NCBI GenBank assembly: GCA_023473585.1
Contig: JAMCYU010000009.1
Coordinates: 19,487-83,486, forward strand
Length of the DNA stretch: 64,000 nt
Source of the DNA: Patescibacteria group bacterium
GTDB taxonomy: Bacteria; Patescibacteriota; Microgenomatia; JAMCYU01
Direction of reading: 5' to 3'
The notes under the pieces were generated by a model. The model saw nothing but the letters and a program-made list of their open reading frames with translations. It was not told where the DNA came from and ran no database searches. Below, one piece after another: positions 27,897 to 36,991 of this stretch; within the stretch, counting starts at the first letter, position 1, and every line of letters begins with the position of its first letter. The translations under genes were made by a program, and so were the position numbers.

Positions 27897-28619
27897 TTAT
27901 ATTCCCCTTAGTTCCGTTTTTGGTATTAATTTACGTAATTTGGGCAAGACTTTATCAAAAAATTCCTTCGGATAAGGCTTCAGTTTCTCAAAACTTTTAT
28001 CTAAACACTGTCCGGGATTAAATTGCTGTAAAAACCACTTGATGGATGATGGATTGTGGATGATGGATGATAGGTCTTTTGCCATTTCGATCAAATCTTC
28101 TCTATTATGTAGTGTTGGGACTACTGTTGTCCGCAATTCAAAATCAAGACCGCTTTTGATTAAAATATTAATGCATTCGCTTATTTGTTTATTGATTTGT
28201 TTATTTGTAGTATTTGTATATTTGTAGTATTTAATAAGCGGTCCTTTATAATCAATCGCCACGTAGTCCAAAAGTTTTTGGGCCAATAAATCTTTAACCA
28301 TCCCGGGGTTTGTCCCGTTGGTGTCAAGTTTAATTAAAAAACCCAATTTTTTGATTTTTTTGATAAAGGCCGGCAGATCTTCGTAAAGGGTCGGCTCGCC
28401 GCCGGTAACGACAATCCCGTCTAAAAGTTGCCTTTTGTTTTTTAAAAAAATAAAAAAATCTTCTTCTTTTATCTCCGGTAAGGTTTCCGGCCGCAAAACC
28501 AAATCGCTATTGTGACAAAAGGGACAACGGAAATTACAGCCGGCAACAAAAATAATCGCCGCCACTTTCCCCGGATAATCAAGCAGGGTTGTTTTTTGCA
28601 GACCTTTAATTTTTATCAT
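27897..28619 (-). CDS. nrdG: anaerobic ribonucleotide reductase-activating protein (radical SAM)
   Basis: CNFRCPFCHN radical-SAM cysteine motif. Immediately downstream of nrdD. Confidence 0.85.
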   Translation of the reverse strand: MIKIKGLQKTTLLDYPGKVAAIIFVAGCNFRCPFCHNSDLVLRPETLPEIKEEDFFIFLKNKRQLLDGIVVTGGEPTLYEDLPAFIKKIKKLGFLIKLDTNGTNPGMVKDLLAQKLLDYVAIDYKGPLIKYYKYTNTTNKQINKQISECINILIKSGLDFELRTTVVPTLHNREDLIEMAKDLSSIIHNPSSIKWFLQQFNPGQCLDKSFEKLKPYPKEFFDKVLPKLRKLIPKTELRGI

Positions 28620-31600
28620 TAAGTCTTGTGTTTTTGAAGATGCTGGTAAACCTGTCTTTCGACAAATTCGGCTTGTTTACCGGCATTCCATTGCACTACC
28701 GGCCGAAGATAACCGACGATTCTTGACCAAACCTCGCAGGTTTTACCACATTCTGGACAAGTTTTTTGTTCACCTTTAAGATATCCGTGAGAAGGACAGA
28801 TACTAAAAGTCGGCGTTAAGGTATAGTAAGGCAAATGATAATTTTGGGCAATCTTCTGGACTAGATTTTTGACGGAAGCGGTGTCCGGAAGGCTTTCGCC
28901 CAAAAAGCCGTGCAAAACCGTACCCCCGGTATATTTCGTCTGTAAATCGTCCTGAAGATTTAAGGCTTCAAAAAGATCGTCGGTAAAATTAACCGGCAAA
29001 TGAGTCGAATTGGTATAAAATGGTTCCGCGTGATCTTTGGCGATTTCTTCCTCATTGGCACAGATGATATCAGGATAAGCTTTTTTATCAAGCTTGGCCA
29101 GATGATAAGAAGTCCCTTCGGCCGGCGTCGCCTCCAGATTAAACATCTGGTCGGTTTCTTTTTGATAAATCAAAAGCTTCGTCCGCATAAAATCCAGAAT
29201 TTCCTGGGCAAAGGCTTTCCCCTCTTCATCGCCGATGGTTTTCCCCATAAAATTCAAAAGTGATTCATTCATGCCGATTAAACCAATCGTGTTAAAATGA
29301 TTTTTCCAGTATTCGCCGAAACGGTCTTTAATCGCCCCTAAATAGACCTTGGAATAGGGATAAAGTCCTTCGTCGGTAAACTGTTCGACGATCGTTCTTT
29401 TAAGCATCGTCGCCTCTTTCGCCAAATCCATCAAATGAGAGAGTTTTTCGAAATATTCTTTTTTGTTTTTGGCCAAATAGCCAATCCGGGGAAGATTAAT
29501 CGTGATAACGCCTAAGCTGCCGGTTAAAGGGTAGGCCCCGAAAAGACCGCCGCCCCTTTTGGCCAATTCACGGTTGTCTAAACGTAAGCGGCAATTATGA
29601 GTTAAAATACCGGTCGTACCGACCGTAAACATTGGCCTGCCATTTTTTACCTCAAAACAATAAGCGGTTGAATTACTAATTTGTTCTATGGATTTTATTT
29701 TTACCCATAGTTTTTTATCCTTTTTAAACCAAATATCCCCGTATTTCTTTCTGTTTAATTGATAAACTAAAACTGCATAATTAGTTTCTTTTCCAAAACG
29801 ATCCTGTCGGTTATCTCTATATATAGAAGTTGTCGTTCCCAATGTTGCCGCTAACATATTCAGGGTTTCTACCATTTTTTTCGAAGAAGTATAAATTCTA
29901 TGTCTGTTACCCCCATCAGTAGCATAATGTCCAGTAATCACTCCCTCTCTAAATTCTTGACTCATACCAAAAATACGAGCGGAATAATATTTTTCTCTTT
30001 CTTTTCCGGAAACGAAATCCTGACATAAACCAACCGCCGCTTTGGAATGGATTTTTAAGGTAAAAAGTTTCGTTTCCTGGGATGGCGAAACAGACCAATG
30101 GGCTCCAAAATATTTTTCACTAATCTTTTGCAATCGGGTGATTACCTGCTTTTTCTTTTCATTTTCTAACGAAAAAATAACTGTTGTTTCCCCGTCAAAC
30201 GATCCATCGCCCGCATAAGCACCGACAAAATATCCCAAATCTCTATTTCCACCTGATCCTTTCATCATCTTTAAGGAATAAGGTAAAAACATACCTTTTT
30301 TTAATTCTTTGCCTTTTAATTCTTGAGTTTTTGATTCTTGATCAAAAGTGACGAAATTTAAATGTTCTTCACTAATTTTTATTTCGTGTCCATTTTCCAA
30401 CGTTACTTTAATCATTTTTTGGTTTTCAAACTTATTAAATACTCCCTTAACAAAATCTCCGTCACTATAAATTTCATATTCATTATTTTTACCATTACCT
30501 TCATATATATTTTTAATCTCACTGTATTCCAAATCTCGCCCCCGGCTTGACTTAATTAAAACTTTTTCATCACCGGCTAAAGGGCACATGCTTCGGGCAT
30601 CCTCTGGTTTCATATCGGAATTGACAAAATTGGAAAAATAGGGAATGCCGTATTTTCTCGTCATTTCCCAAATCCCCTCATAATTGGGATTATTCCAGGC
30701 AAAATCCTTGGTGATATTGTATGTCGGGATGGGAAAAGTAAAAACCCGTCCCTTGGCATCGCCCTCAAGCATCACTTCGGCAAAAGCTTTATTAAACGAA
30801 TCGACTTCTTTTTGAAAATCACCATAAGTTTTATCCTGGGTCTTGCCGCCGATAAGGACCGGCTCTTTAGCAAGATGTGTAGGAATATTAAGATCCAAAG
30901 TCACGTTGGTAAAAGGCGTCTGGAAGCCAACGCGGGTCGGCACGTTCATATTAAAAACAAACTCCTGCAGGGCCTGCTTAACTTCCTTGTAAGAAAGATG
31001 GTCGTAGGCAATAAAAGGCGCTAAAAGCGTATCAAAACTCGAGATCGCCTGGGCCCCGGCCGATTCTCCCTGAAGGGTGTAAAAGAAATTGACCAGTTGT
31101 CCCAGGGCGGTCCGAAAATGTTTGGGCGGTTTACATTCAACCTTACCAACCACGCCGCCAAAACCCCTAAATAATAGGTCCCTTAAATCCCAACCGCAAC
31201 AATAGGCCGCCAGGATTTGTAAATTATGAATATGCAAATCACCATTAGTATGGGCTTCTCTTATCTGCGGCGGGTAGATTTTATTAAGCCAATAATTGGC
31301 GGAAATCACCGAGGCGACATGATTGTTTAGGCCCTGAAGAGAATAGGCCATATTGCTGTTCTCCCGAACCCGCCAGTCAAGCTTAGCAAGATAATCGCCG
31401 ACTAATTCGTCGGAATCAATAAGGGAATGGACATCGCGGACCCGGCTTCGCAAATCCCGGTAAAGAATATAAGCGCGGGCGACATCATAATGTCCGTGAT
31501 GCATTAAAACTTCTTCGATAAGGTCCTGAATTTCTTCAACTTGAGGAATGATTTTACCATCATAGCGGGCCTCCAATTTTTCCATCACTTTATCTCCTAA

Positions 31601-31735
31601 ATAACGAACCCGCTCCCCATCTTTTTCGCCAATGGCCCTAAAAGCCTTTTCCATGGCGTTGATAATTTTTAAAGGATTGAATTTAACAATCCGGCCGTTT
31701 CTTTTTTTGATTTGTTTGATGGTTGTTTTGGTCAT
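28619..31735 (-). CDS. nrdD: anaerobic ribonucleoside-triphosphate reductase (class III, NrdD), intein-containing
   Basis: N-terminal ATP-cone, C-terminal GYLRPV glycyl-radical motif and CxxC zinc ribbon. A 331-aa insertion carries intein hallmarks. Confidence 0.9.
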   Translation of the reverse strand: MTKTTIKQIKKRNGRIVKFNPLKIINAMEKAFRAIGEKDGERVRYLGDKVMEKLEARYDGKIIPQVEEIQDLIEEVLMHHGHYDVARAYILYRDLRSRVRDVHSLIDSDELVGDYLAKLDWRVRENSNMAYSLQGLNNHVASVISANYWLNKIYPPQIREAHTNGDLHIHNLQILAAYCCGWDLRDLLFRGFGGVVGKVECKPPKHFRTALGQLVNFFYTLQGESAGAQAISSFDTLLAPFIAYDHLSYKEVKQALQEFVFNMNVPTRVGFQTPFTNVTLDLNIPTHLAKEPVLIGGKTQDKTYGDFQKEVDSFNKAFAEVMLEGDAKGRVFTFPIPTYNITKDFAWNNPNYEGIWEMTRKYGIPYFSNFVNSDMKPEDARSMCPLAGDEKVLIKSSRGRDLEYSEIKNIYEGNGKNNEYEIYSDGDFVKGVFNKFENQKMIKVTLENGHEIKISEEHLNFVTFDQESKTQELKGKELKKGMFLPYSLKMMKGSGGNRDLGYFVGAYAGDGSFDGETTVIFSLENEKKKQVITRLQKISEKYFGAHWSVSPSQETKLFTLKIHSKAAVGLCQDFVSGKEREKYYSARIFGMSQEFREGVITGHYATDGGNRHRIYTSSKKMVETLNMLAATLGTTTSIYRDNRQDRFGKETNYAVLVYQLNRKKYGDIWFKKDKKLWVKIKSIEQISNSTAYCFEVKNGRPMFTVGTTGILTHNCRLRLDNRELAKRGGGLFGAYPLTGSLGVITINLPRIGYLAKNKKEYFEKLSHLMDLAKEATMLKRTIVEQFTDEGLYPYSKVYLGAIKDRFGEYWKNHFNTIGLIGMNESLLNFMGKTIGDEEGKAFAQEILDFMRTKLLIYQKETDQMFNLEATPAEGTSYHLAKLDKKAYPDIICANEEEIAKDHAEPFYTNSTHLPVNFTDDLFEALNLQDDLQTKYTGGTVLHGFLGESLPDTASVKNLVQKIAQNYHLPYYTLTPTFSICPSHGYLKGEQKTCPECGKTCEVWSRIVGYLRPVVQWNAGKQAEFVERQVYQHLQKHKT
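29594..30586 (-). mobile_element. intein with LAGLIDADG homing-endonuclease domain inside nrdD
   Basis: Begins with Cys (SM|CPLAGDEK) and ends with HN followed by Cys (THN|CRL). Two LAGLIDADG-type blocks (LGYFVGAYAGDGSF and GVITGHYATDGG). 993 nt, in frame. Confidence 0.8.
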
Positions 31736-31738
31736 TTT

Positions 31739-32185
31739 TTAAGTTAATTTATCAATCATTTGTTCAAAGTCCGAGAGGTCGTCAAAATCCAGATAAACGC
31801 TGGCGTATCTTAAATAGGCAACCTTATCAATCTTTTTCAATTTTCGTAAAGCTAAGTTTCCAATCGTTTTTGAGGAAATCTCGGTTGTTGCCTTGCCCAA
31901 TAATTCTTTTTCAATCTCCTCAACCAGGCTCTCAATTAAATCCATACTCACCGGTCTTTTCTGACAAGCCTTAATAACTCCTTCCCGCAATTTTTCTCTG
32001 GAAAATGGTTCTCTCCGGCCGTCCTTTTTGGTGACTAATAAAGGTGTCGTCTCGACTCTTTCGTAAGTCGTAAATCTTTTCTTGCACTTAATGCACTCTC
32101 GTCTTCTTCTGGTCGTCGTAAAGTCTTCACTGTCTCGGGTTTCGACGACTTCGGTTTCCTGACTGTCACAATAAGGACATTTCAT
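31739..32185 (-). CDS. nrdR: transcriptional repressor NrdR
   Basis: MKCPYCDSQETEVVETRDS...C..C zinc ribbon plus an ATP-cone. 148 aa. Confidence 0.9.
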   Translation of the reverse strand: MKCPYCDSQETEVVETRDSEDFTTTRRRRECIKCKKRFTTYERVETTPLLVTKKDGRREPFSREKLREGVIKACQKRPVSMDLIESLVEEIEKELLGKATTEISSKTIGNLALRKLKKIDKVAYLRYASVYLDFDDLSDFEQMIDKLT

Positions 32186-32212
32186 CTTTTTCTTTGTGAA
32201 ATAATAAGCACT

Positions 32213-32226
32213 AGATATAGTGCCAA
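32213..32226. promoter_or_regulatory. NrdR box-like palindrome in the nrdR-nrdDG promoter
   Basis: CACTAGATATAGTG fits the consensus acaCwAtATaTwGtgt. It lies just downstream of a TTGACA-17-TACTAT promoter (about 32236-32264, minus strand). Coordinates are +/-2. Confidence 0.45.
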
Positions 32227-32451
32227 GAAGAATAGTAGGACACTAATCGTAGCCTGTCAACTAGGAATGAAGATATCAAAATAGATCAGTTTAAAAACCA
32301 GCCTTAAAAAGATCAATAACTGACGAAAAGCAAAAGGAGAAAAAATGACCGAATAAACTTTTTATTCGAAATCTTAAGAAGAATAAGCGTTTCGTTCCTA
32401 ATGACCAACGACTGATGACCAATAATTAATTACTCGTATCTATATCTCTCT

Positions 32452-33219
32452 TTATCCTGCCAGCCAGCCGCCGTCAACATAGAAGGTCGCGCCAGTACAA
32501 TAATCAGCCTCATCAGAAGCCAAAAAAACCGCCATCGCCGCAATATCTTCCGGCTTGCCCATTCGACCTTTCGGGATTCTTAGAAGCATTCCCTGTTTAG
32601 CTTTCTCATCCATCGTAATTGTTTTCGTCATGTCGGTTTCAATTACGCCCGGAGCAATGGCGTTGACGTTAATCTTTTGCGGGCTTAATTCCAAAGCCAT
32701 GGCTTCGGTCATGGCGATAATGCCTCCTTTGGTCGCACAATAGTGAGCCAGGTTAGGAAAACCGGTGCCGATTTGTCCCGAAGCAATGGAGGCGATATTA
32801 ATAATCCTTCCACCTTTTCCTTGTTTAACCATTTGTTTGGCGGCGGCTTGAGCGACTAAAAACTGGCCTTTTAAATTAACGGCGATCATTTTATCCCAGG
32901 TCTCTTCCGTCATTTCCAAAAAAGGCGCGTAAGATAAAATGCCGGCATTATTGACCAAAATATCAATTTTAGAAAACTGCTTAGTCACTTCGTCAACCAT
33001 AAACTCCACTTCTTTTTTCTGGGAAACATCAGCCCGAATCGTTATGGCTTGACGACCCATCTTCTTAATTTCCTGGATAACCTGTTCGGCTTCATTCTCA
33101 CTCGCCGCATAGTTAACCGCTACATCGGCTCCGACTTTCGCCATCGCCAAACAAATCCCCCGGCCGATTCCCCTTGAACCACCGGTGACTAAAACTTTTT
33201 TGCCGCTTAAATCAAACAT
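32452..33219 (-). CDS. SDR-family oxidoreductase (3-oxoacyl-ACP reductase-like)
   Basis: VLVTGGSRGIGRGI Rossmann motif and a catalytic YxxxK region. Confidence 0.8.
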   Translation of the reverse strand: MFDLSGKKVLVTGGSRGIGRGICLAMAKVGADVAVNYAASENEAEQVIQEIKKMGRQAITIRADVSQKKEVEFMVDEVTKQFSKIDILVNNAGILSYAPFLEMTEETWDKMIAVNLKGQFLVAQAAAKQMVKQGKGGRIINIASIASGQIGTGFPNLAHYCATKGGIIAMTEAMALELSPQKINVNAIAPGVIETDMTKTITMDEKAKQGMLLRIPKGRMGKPEDIAAMAVFLASDEADYCTGATFYVDGGWLAG

Positions 33220-33783
33220 TTATTTTTGGGTTTTAAGTTCCAAAACTCTTTGGTAGCCCTTTCGAGAATTTTTTAAGGCGTTTTGTAAACCGGGCTTTGC
33301 CTGCTCCGGAGCCTTTTGCAAAACTTCTCCTAAAACTTCAAGATGTTTAGCGATGGAGCTTTCTAACTTTTCGGTTAAACCGCTCGTGTCTTTCCCTTGC
33401 TCTTTGGCTAACCTGGCGGTTTCGATGGCCCGGAGAAGATAGTTTTCGCCTTTATTAATGGTCGTCTGGCCCAGGTCCGCTTTTTGACTTTCGATCAAAG
33501 TTTTGCCCGCGCCTAGTCTTTTATCGGCCATCAAAATTAAAAACTCGGCTTTTTTCAAAGGATCACGGATCAAAAAATCCACCAGTCTGTCTCTTAACAT
33601 TTTTAAGGAATACAAAGGATGATCCGGCAAGATCCCGGGATAGGGCAAAGAATAATTGACTTTAGGTTGAGCGGTGGGGCTGGCCGCTTTTAAGGGGCCC
33701 GCTTGGGTCGCGGCTAGGGTCGTTTTCCCTAAAATTAAAGAAACAAAGATCATTAATAATAGTCCTAAAAATATTTTTCTCAT
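33220..33783 (-). CDS. secreted hypothetical protein
   Basis: Start trimmed to MRKIFLGLLLMIFVSLILG (signal peptide). It is preceded by GGAGGAAAAAATG. Confidence 0.5.
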   Translation of the reverse strand: MRKIFLGLLLMIFVSLILGKTTLAATQAGPLKAASPTAQPKVNYSLPYPGILPDHPLYSLKMLRDRLVDFLIRDPLKKAEFLILMADKRLGAGKTLIESQKADLGQTTINKGENYLLRAIETARLAKEQGKDTSGLTEKLESSIAKHLEVLGEVLQKAPEQAKPGLQNALKNSRKGYQRVLELKTQK

Positions 33784-33831
33784 TTTTTCCTCCTTGCCCT
33801 CCATAGTTTTAACGAAGGAGGGTCTTTTTTT

Positions 33832-33868
33832 ATTATACACGAATTATCAAAAAGTCAAACGGGGGGGG
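33832..33868 (-). promoter_or_regulatory. promoter (TTGACT, extended -10 TGTATAAT) flanked by a C8 (plus-strand G8) homopolymer
   Basis: Minus strand reads CCCCCCCCGTTTGACTttttgataattcgTGTATAAT. The G8 run is at 33861-33868. Confidence 0.5.
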
Positions 33869-33930
33869 TAGCAAAGAAAGGAAGCTGTCGATAAGATTCC
33901 AGGAAACCAAAGAAACCGAAATTCAAAAGA

Positions 33931-34794
33931 TCAAGAACCAAGAATTATAGCGAAACGAAAGCCGACGTCTTCGTACGAGTAACCAGGAGAAGCCTTGCTG
34001 ATGTGAGCAGCTCCACCGTTACCAAAGAAACCAACAATAATACGGCAAGAACTATCCCCGTGAAATTCTGTGTTTGTCCACTCATAAGTGTTAGTTCCTC
34101 CCCAACCTTCACGATTAGCCAGTAAATTCCACTCATGAACCTCAAGCATTCTCGCGTCCAGACTGCTGGGTAGCCCAGCTTTCCAAAGAATATCTGGTTT
34201 GGCTTTTTGAATGGCAGCTTGGGCATTGTTCCAAATAACATTGAAACGCCTAGAAAGTCCTAACATGTCTCCGCCTGATGTTTCATCCTCATATAAGCTA
34301 TCACGGGAAGGTTTAGGCATAGTTTCTACTGCCAACCAAACTCCAGGAAATCGTGGAAAGTCAATTTCCCCATTCATTACCATCCTCCAATACTCTTCTG
34401 TCAGGTTTCTGCTTATCCACGGGTTGACCCACTCTTGGCTGCTTAATGATTCAACTTTTCTCCAGCCTGGATAGCGTTCCTGAAGCTTTTTTAAATACCC
34501 TTTTTCACCCTTGCTCCTTAAGTCATTAATCGTTCCAATCTCTAGTTTGGGAATAAAACGTAACTCTATTCCCATTCCCTTAAGATTTCTTCGGACTTCA
34601 GGAGTGACATACTCCGGAAGAGGCTGAATTTCAAAATCTACGCCTAAAACTCCTCTCCAAGCATCTTGTTCACTTCTAAGTAATTCGGAAGATGCAGAAG
34701 GGAGTCGCTTGGTGTCAGTCCCTCTTTCACCACGACGCTGAGGAACATCTGAAGGCAGAGTAGGTTTTGGTCTCTCTTTTATGTTTGCTGTCAT
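33931..34794 (-). CDS. hypothetical protein (287 aa), Trp-rich, higher local GC
   Basis: Clean ORF with no recognised family. It is followed by long non-coding stretches and IS remnants. Confidence 0.45.
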   Translation of the reverse strand: MTANIKERPKPTLPSDVPQRRGERGTDTKRLPSASSELLRSEQDAWRGVLGVDFEIQPLPEYVTPEVRRNLKGMGIELRFIPKLEIGTINDLRSKGEKGYLKKLQERYPGWRKVESLSSQEWVNPWISRNLTEEYWRMVMNGEIDFPRFPGVWLAVETMPKPSRDSLYEDETSGGDMLGLSRRFNVIWNNAQAAIQKAKPDILWKAGLPSSLDARMLEVHEWNLLANREGWGGTNTYEWTNTEFHGDSSCRIIVGFFGNGGAAHISKASPGYSYEDVGFRFAIILGS

Positions 34795-35021
34795 ATTTGG
34801 CGAATTATACTATAAGCTTAAATCAAAAAGCAAATCCGAAAACGTGATAAAATAAAATCGTGAAAAAAGAAGGTCTTGGTCAATATCGGGATTTTTCCCT
34901 GGCTGATGAAAAGATTGCTTATGCCCTGTCAAAAAATATCAGGATGTTTCGGAACTTTATTGGCAGGCAGGTATTTTTTGCGCGCGCGATTTTTGCTTAG
35001 CTATTGCCAAGCATTTGAGGA

Positions 35022-35411
35022 TTAATTCAAACCAAAAATTCTTTTCATGGTATTTTTTTGAAGCTCTATTGGTACAGGTCCAAACTTATTTTGTTTTTGA
35101 TCTCCCTTCCATAATCCCACATATGTCCAAAGAATTGAATTTATTCCTGGGATAAAACTAAGCAAAGCCCACCAACCAGACTTATTCAAATCATGCAATC
35201 TTCTTATTATCAGTGATGCCATAAATACAAAAAAAGCGCTGAATAGTAGTACTGCTGAAAAATCTATTTCATAAATAATAAGTGGTGGTAGAAATGTTGC
35301 TATTAATGCAAGTACTATTCCACCTACTAGGCTTCCTACCCATATATCACCAATACTTATTCGACCAGAAAAAAGATTTTTAATCATATGATTTATAATA
35401 GCATGTGTCAA
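35022..35411 (-). CDS. DUF805 family membrane protein
   Basis: RRLHDLNKSGWWALL signature of DUF805/YhaH-like proteins. 3-4 TM. Confidence 0.7.
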   Translation of the reverse strand: MTHAIINHMIKNLFSGRISIGDIWVGSLVGGIVLALIATFLPPLIIYEIDFSAVLLFSAFFVFMASLIIRRLHDLNKSGWWALLSFIPGINSILWTYVGLWKGDQKQNKFGPVPIELQKNTMKRIFGLN

Positions 35412-35460
35412 TATTTTTTTCTATCTGCAGACAAACAATAATTATTGTACAACCTAATGA

Positions 35461-35616
35461 TTCAGAAATTCAGTAGATTTCTCCCTCGTTTCAGAGGAGG
35501 AATTGCAGGATGTTATTGACGAGATTAACAACCGTCCGAGAAAGATCCTTGGGTATATGACAGCAAGAGAAAAGTTTTATCAATTATTAAGGGAGGAGGT
35601 TAGGGGTTGCGATTGA
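35461..35616 (+). pseudogene. IS30-family transposase C-terminal fragment
   Basis: Reads ...SEEELQDVIDEINNRPRKILGYMTAREKFYQLL*. This matches the conserved IS30 C-terminus (LNnRPRK.LG..TP.E.F). No upstream catalytic domain is present. Confidence 0.5.
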
Positions 35617-35826
35617 TTATTGACAATGGGTCTGTCCCTTTAGGAAAGTAGTACCTTAAGTGCCAGTTGCCATGTTCGTTTGTCCCCCGTTGTCAGGAAG
35701 AGTACGGATCGGCATGATAGGTCTTCATTTTCAACTCTCCCCGTAACCGGAAGTGAAGATGCGTTTCTCTTCCATTATCCAAAGTTGTAGATTTTCTTGC
35801 AGGAATGGGAAGGCTGAATTAAAGTT

Positions 35827-35966
35827 TCAAGTGCCCCACCCGGTCTCCTGGTAAAAAACTTCTGATGGTGTTTGAAAGCCTAATCTTTTTCTCGGACGGT
35901 GGTTTAATTCCCAAGCAATCCAATCAAGACCTGCCTTGGTGATATTAGTCAAATCCGTGCTTTCCA
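35827..35966 (-). pseudogene. second IS30-family transposase C-terminal fragment (opposite orientation)
   Basis: Reads MESTDLTNITKAGLDWIAWELNHRPRKRLGFQTPSEVFYQETGWGT*. Confidence 0.5.
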
Positions 35967-36214
35967 TAATCCTGAGTTTATTATACATTTTTCAAAAGAT
36001 TTTGCGTAGTGCAACAGCTATTATTTTTTCTTTCTACAACTGGGGCGGCCATTTAAATTATAAAAAATTCTTTAAAATTTTTGCGTTTTTTCTTTGTCTT
36101 TACGAACCGACAGTTCCGGAGGTGCGGCGGGCGGCCTGCCCGCAATGCTTCGCAAAGCGATAGCAGGCGGGGGGCGCCAGTTGACAAATTTTCTTTTTAA
36201 CCGTAAGCTAAAGG

Positions 36215-36451
36215 TTGATGTCTAAAAAATTACTGCTTAGAAATTTACCGATCATCATTGCCCTCATCGTCTTACTTTTAACCATTCCTCTTTTACTTTT
36301 AGCGGTCACGCAAAAACAGGATATCAGAAAAGAGGCGGCGGAACCGGATCAATTCCCCAAGGTTGACCTTAACAATGACGGTGTCATTAACGCCGTTGAT
36401 TTTAAAATTTACCAAGAGCAATACGCCAAATCGCCTCAACCTTTAAAATGA
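36215..36451 (+). CDS. small membrane-anchored protein with a dockerin-like Ca-binding repeat
   Basis: N-terminal TM/signal anchor and a DLNNDGVINAVDF motif. A TTGACA promoter candidate lies at about 36180. Confidence 0.5.
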   Translation: MMSKKLLLRNLPIIIALIVLLLTIPLLLLAVTQKQDIRKEAAEPDQFPKVDLNNDGVINAVDFKIYQEQYAKSPQPLK

Positions 36452-36987
36452 TTAATCCTTTTTTGCCGGCTTTGGTCTTCGCGGCTTCGGTTAATTTATC
36501 TTTTGAGGCCGTGCCGCAAATGATTCCGGCCGGTGACGAATTCAGGCTTTCGGTTAATGTCTCCAGCGCCGGCATCCCGACTTTGGGGACTGACGTGGTT
36601 ATTACCTATGATCCGAAGATGGTGGAAGTGACCAAATTTCTGGGTGGGAAAGTTTATCCCCATTATCCGGTGACTTTGGTTGATATTGATAATGTTCACG
36701 GCAAAACCCGATTTAGCGGGACTGCGGATTTATATCAAACAAGGGTGGCGGAAGGTCTTTTGGGCTGGGTTTATTTCCGGGCCAAAAAATCCGGCACCAC
36801 CGAAGTCTCTTTTGTTTGGAAAAAAAACGGGACGGATGAATCTAATATCGTTCCCGATACCGGCGGCCTGGATCTTTTAAAGGAAAAACCAAAGGGGGTT
36901 AATCTGTCTTTTCTTGAGCCGAGTTCAGGAACCCGAGTTTGGATTTTAATTAAACGAATTCTTTCTTTTGACTACTTAAACTTCTAA
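36448..36987 (+). CDS. cohesin-domain-like protein
   Basis: Pattern typical of cohesin beta-sandwich modules (LSVNVSS...GTDVVITYDPKMVEV...FRAKKSGTTEVSF). ATGA overlap with the dockerin-like gene. Confidence 0.45.
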   Translation: MINPFLPALVFAASVNLSFEAVPQMIPAGDEFRLSVNVSSAGIPTLGTDVVITYDPKMVEVTKFLGGKVYPHYPVTLVDIDNVHGKTRFSGTADLYQTRVAEGLLGWVYFRAKKSGTTEVSFVWKKNGTDESNIVPDTGGLDLLKEKPKGVNLSFLEPSSGTRVWILIKRILSFDYLNF

Positions 36988-36991
36988 AGAA

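Noticed and set aside
28039-28227. 62-aa plus-strand ORF inside nrdG
   Set aside because: It is antisense to nrdG and is generated by the repeat-rich sequence.
35936-36163. 75-aa plus-strand ORF
   Set aside because: It overlaps the IS30 remnant region and the promoter region, has a low-complexity hydrophobic translation, and no RBS. I treat it as spurious.
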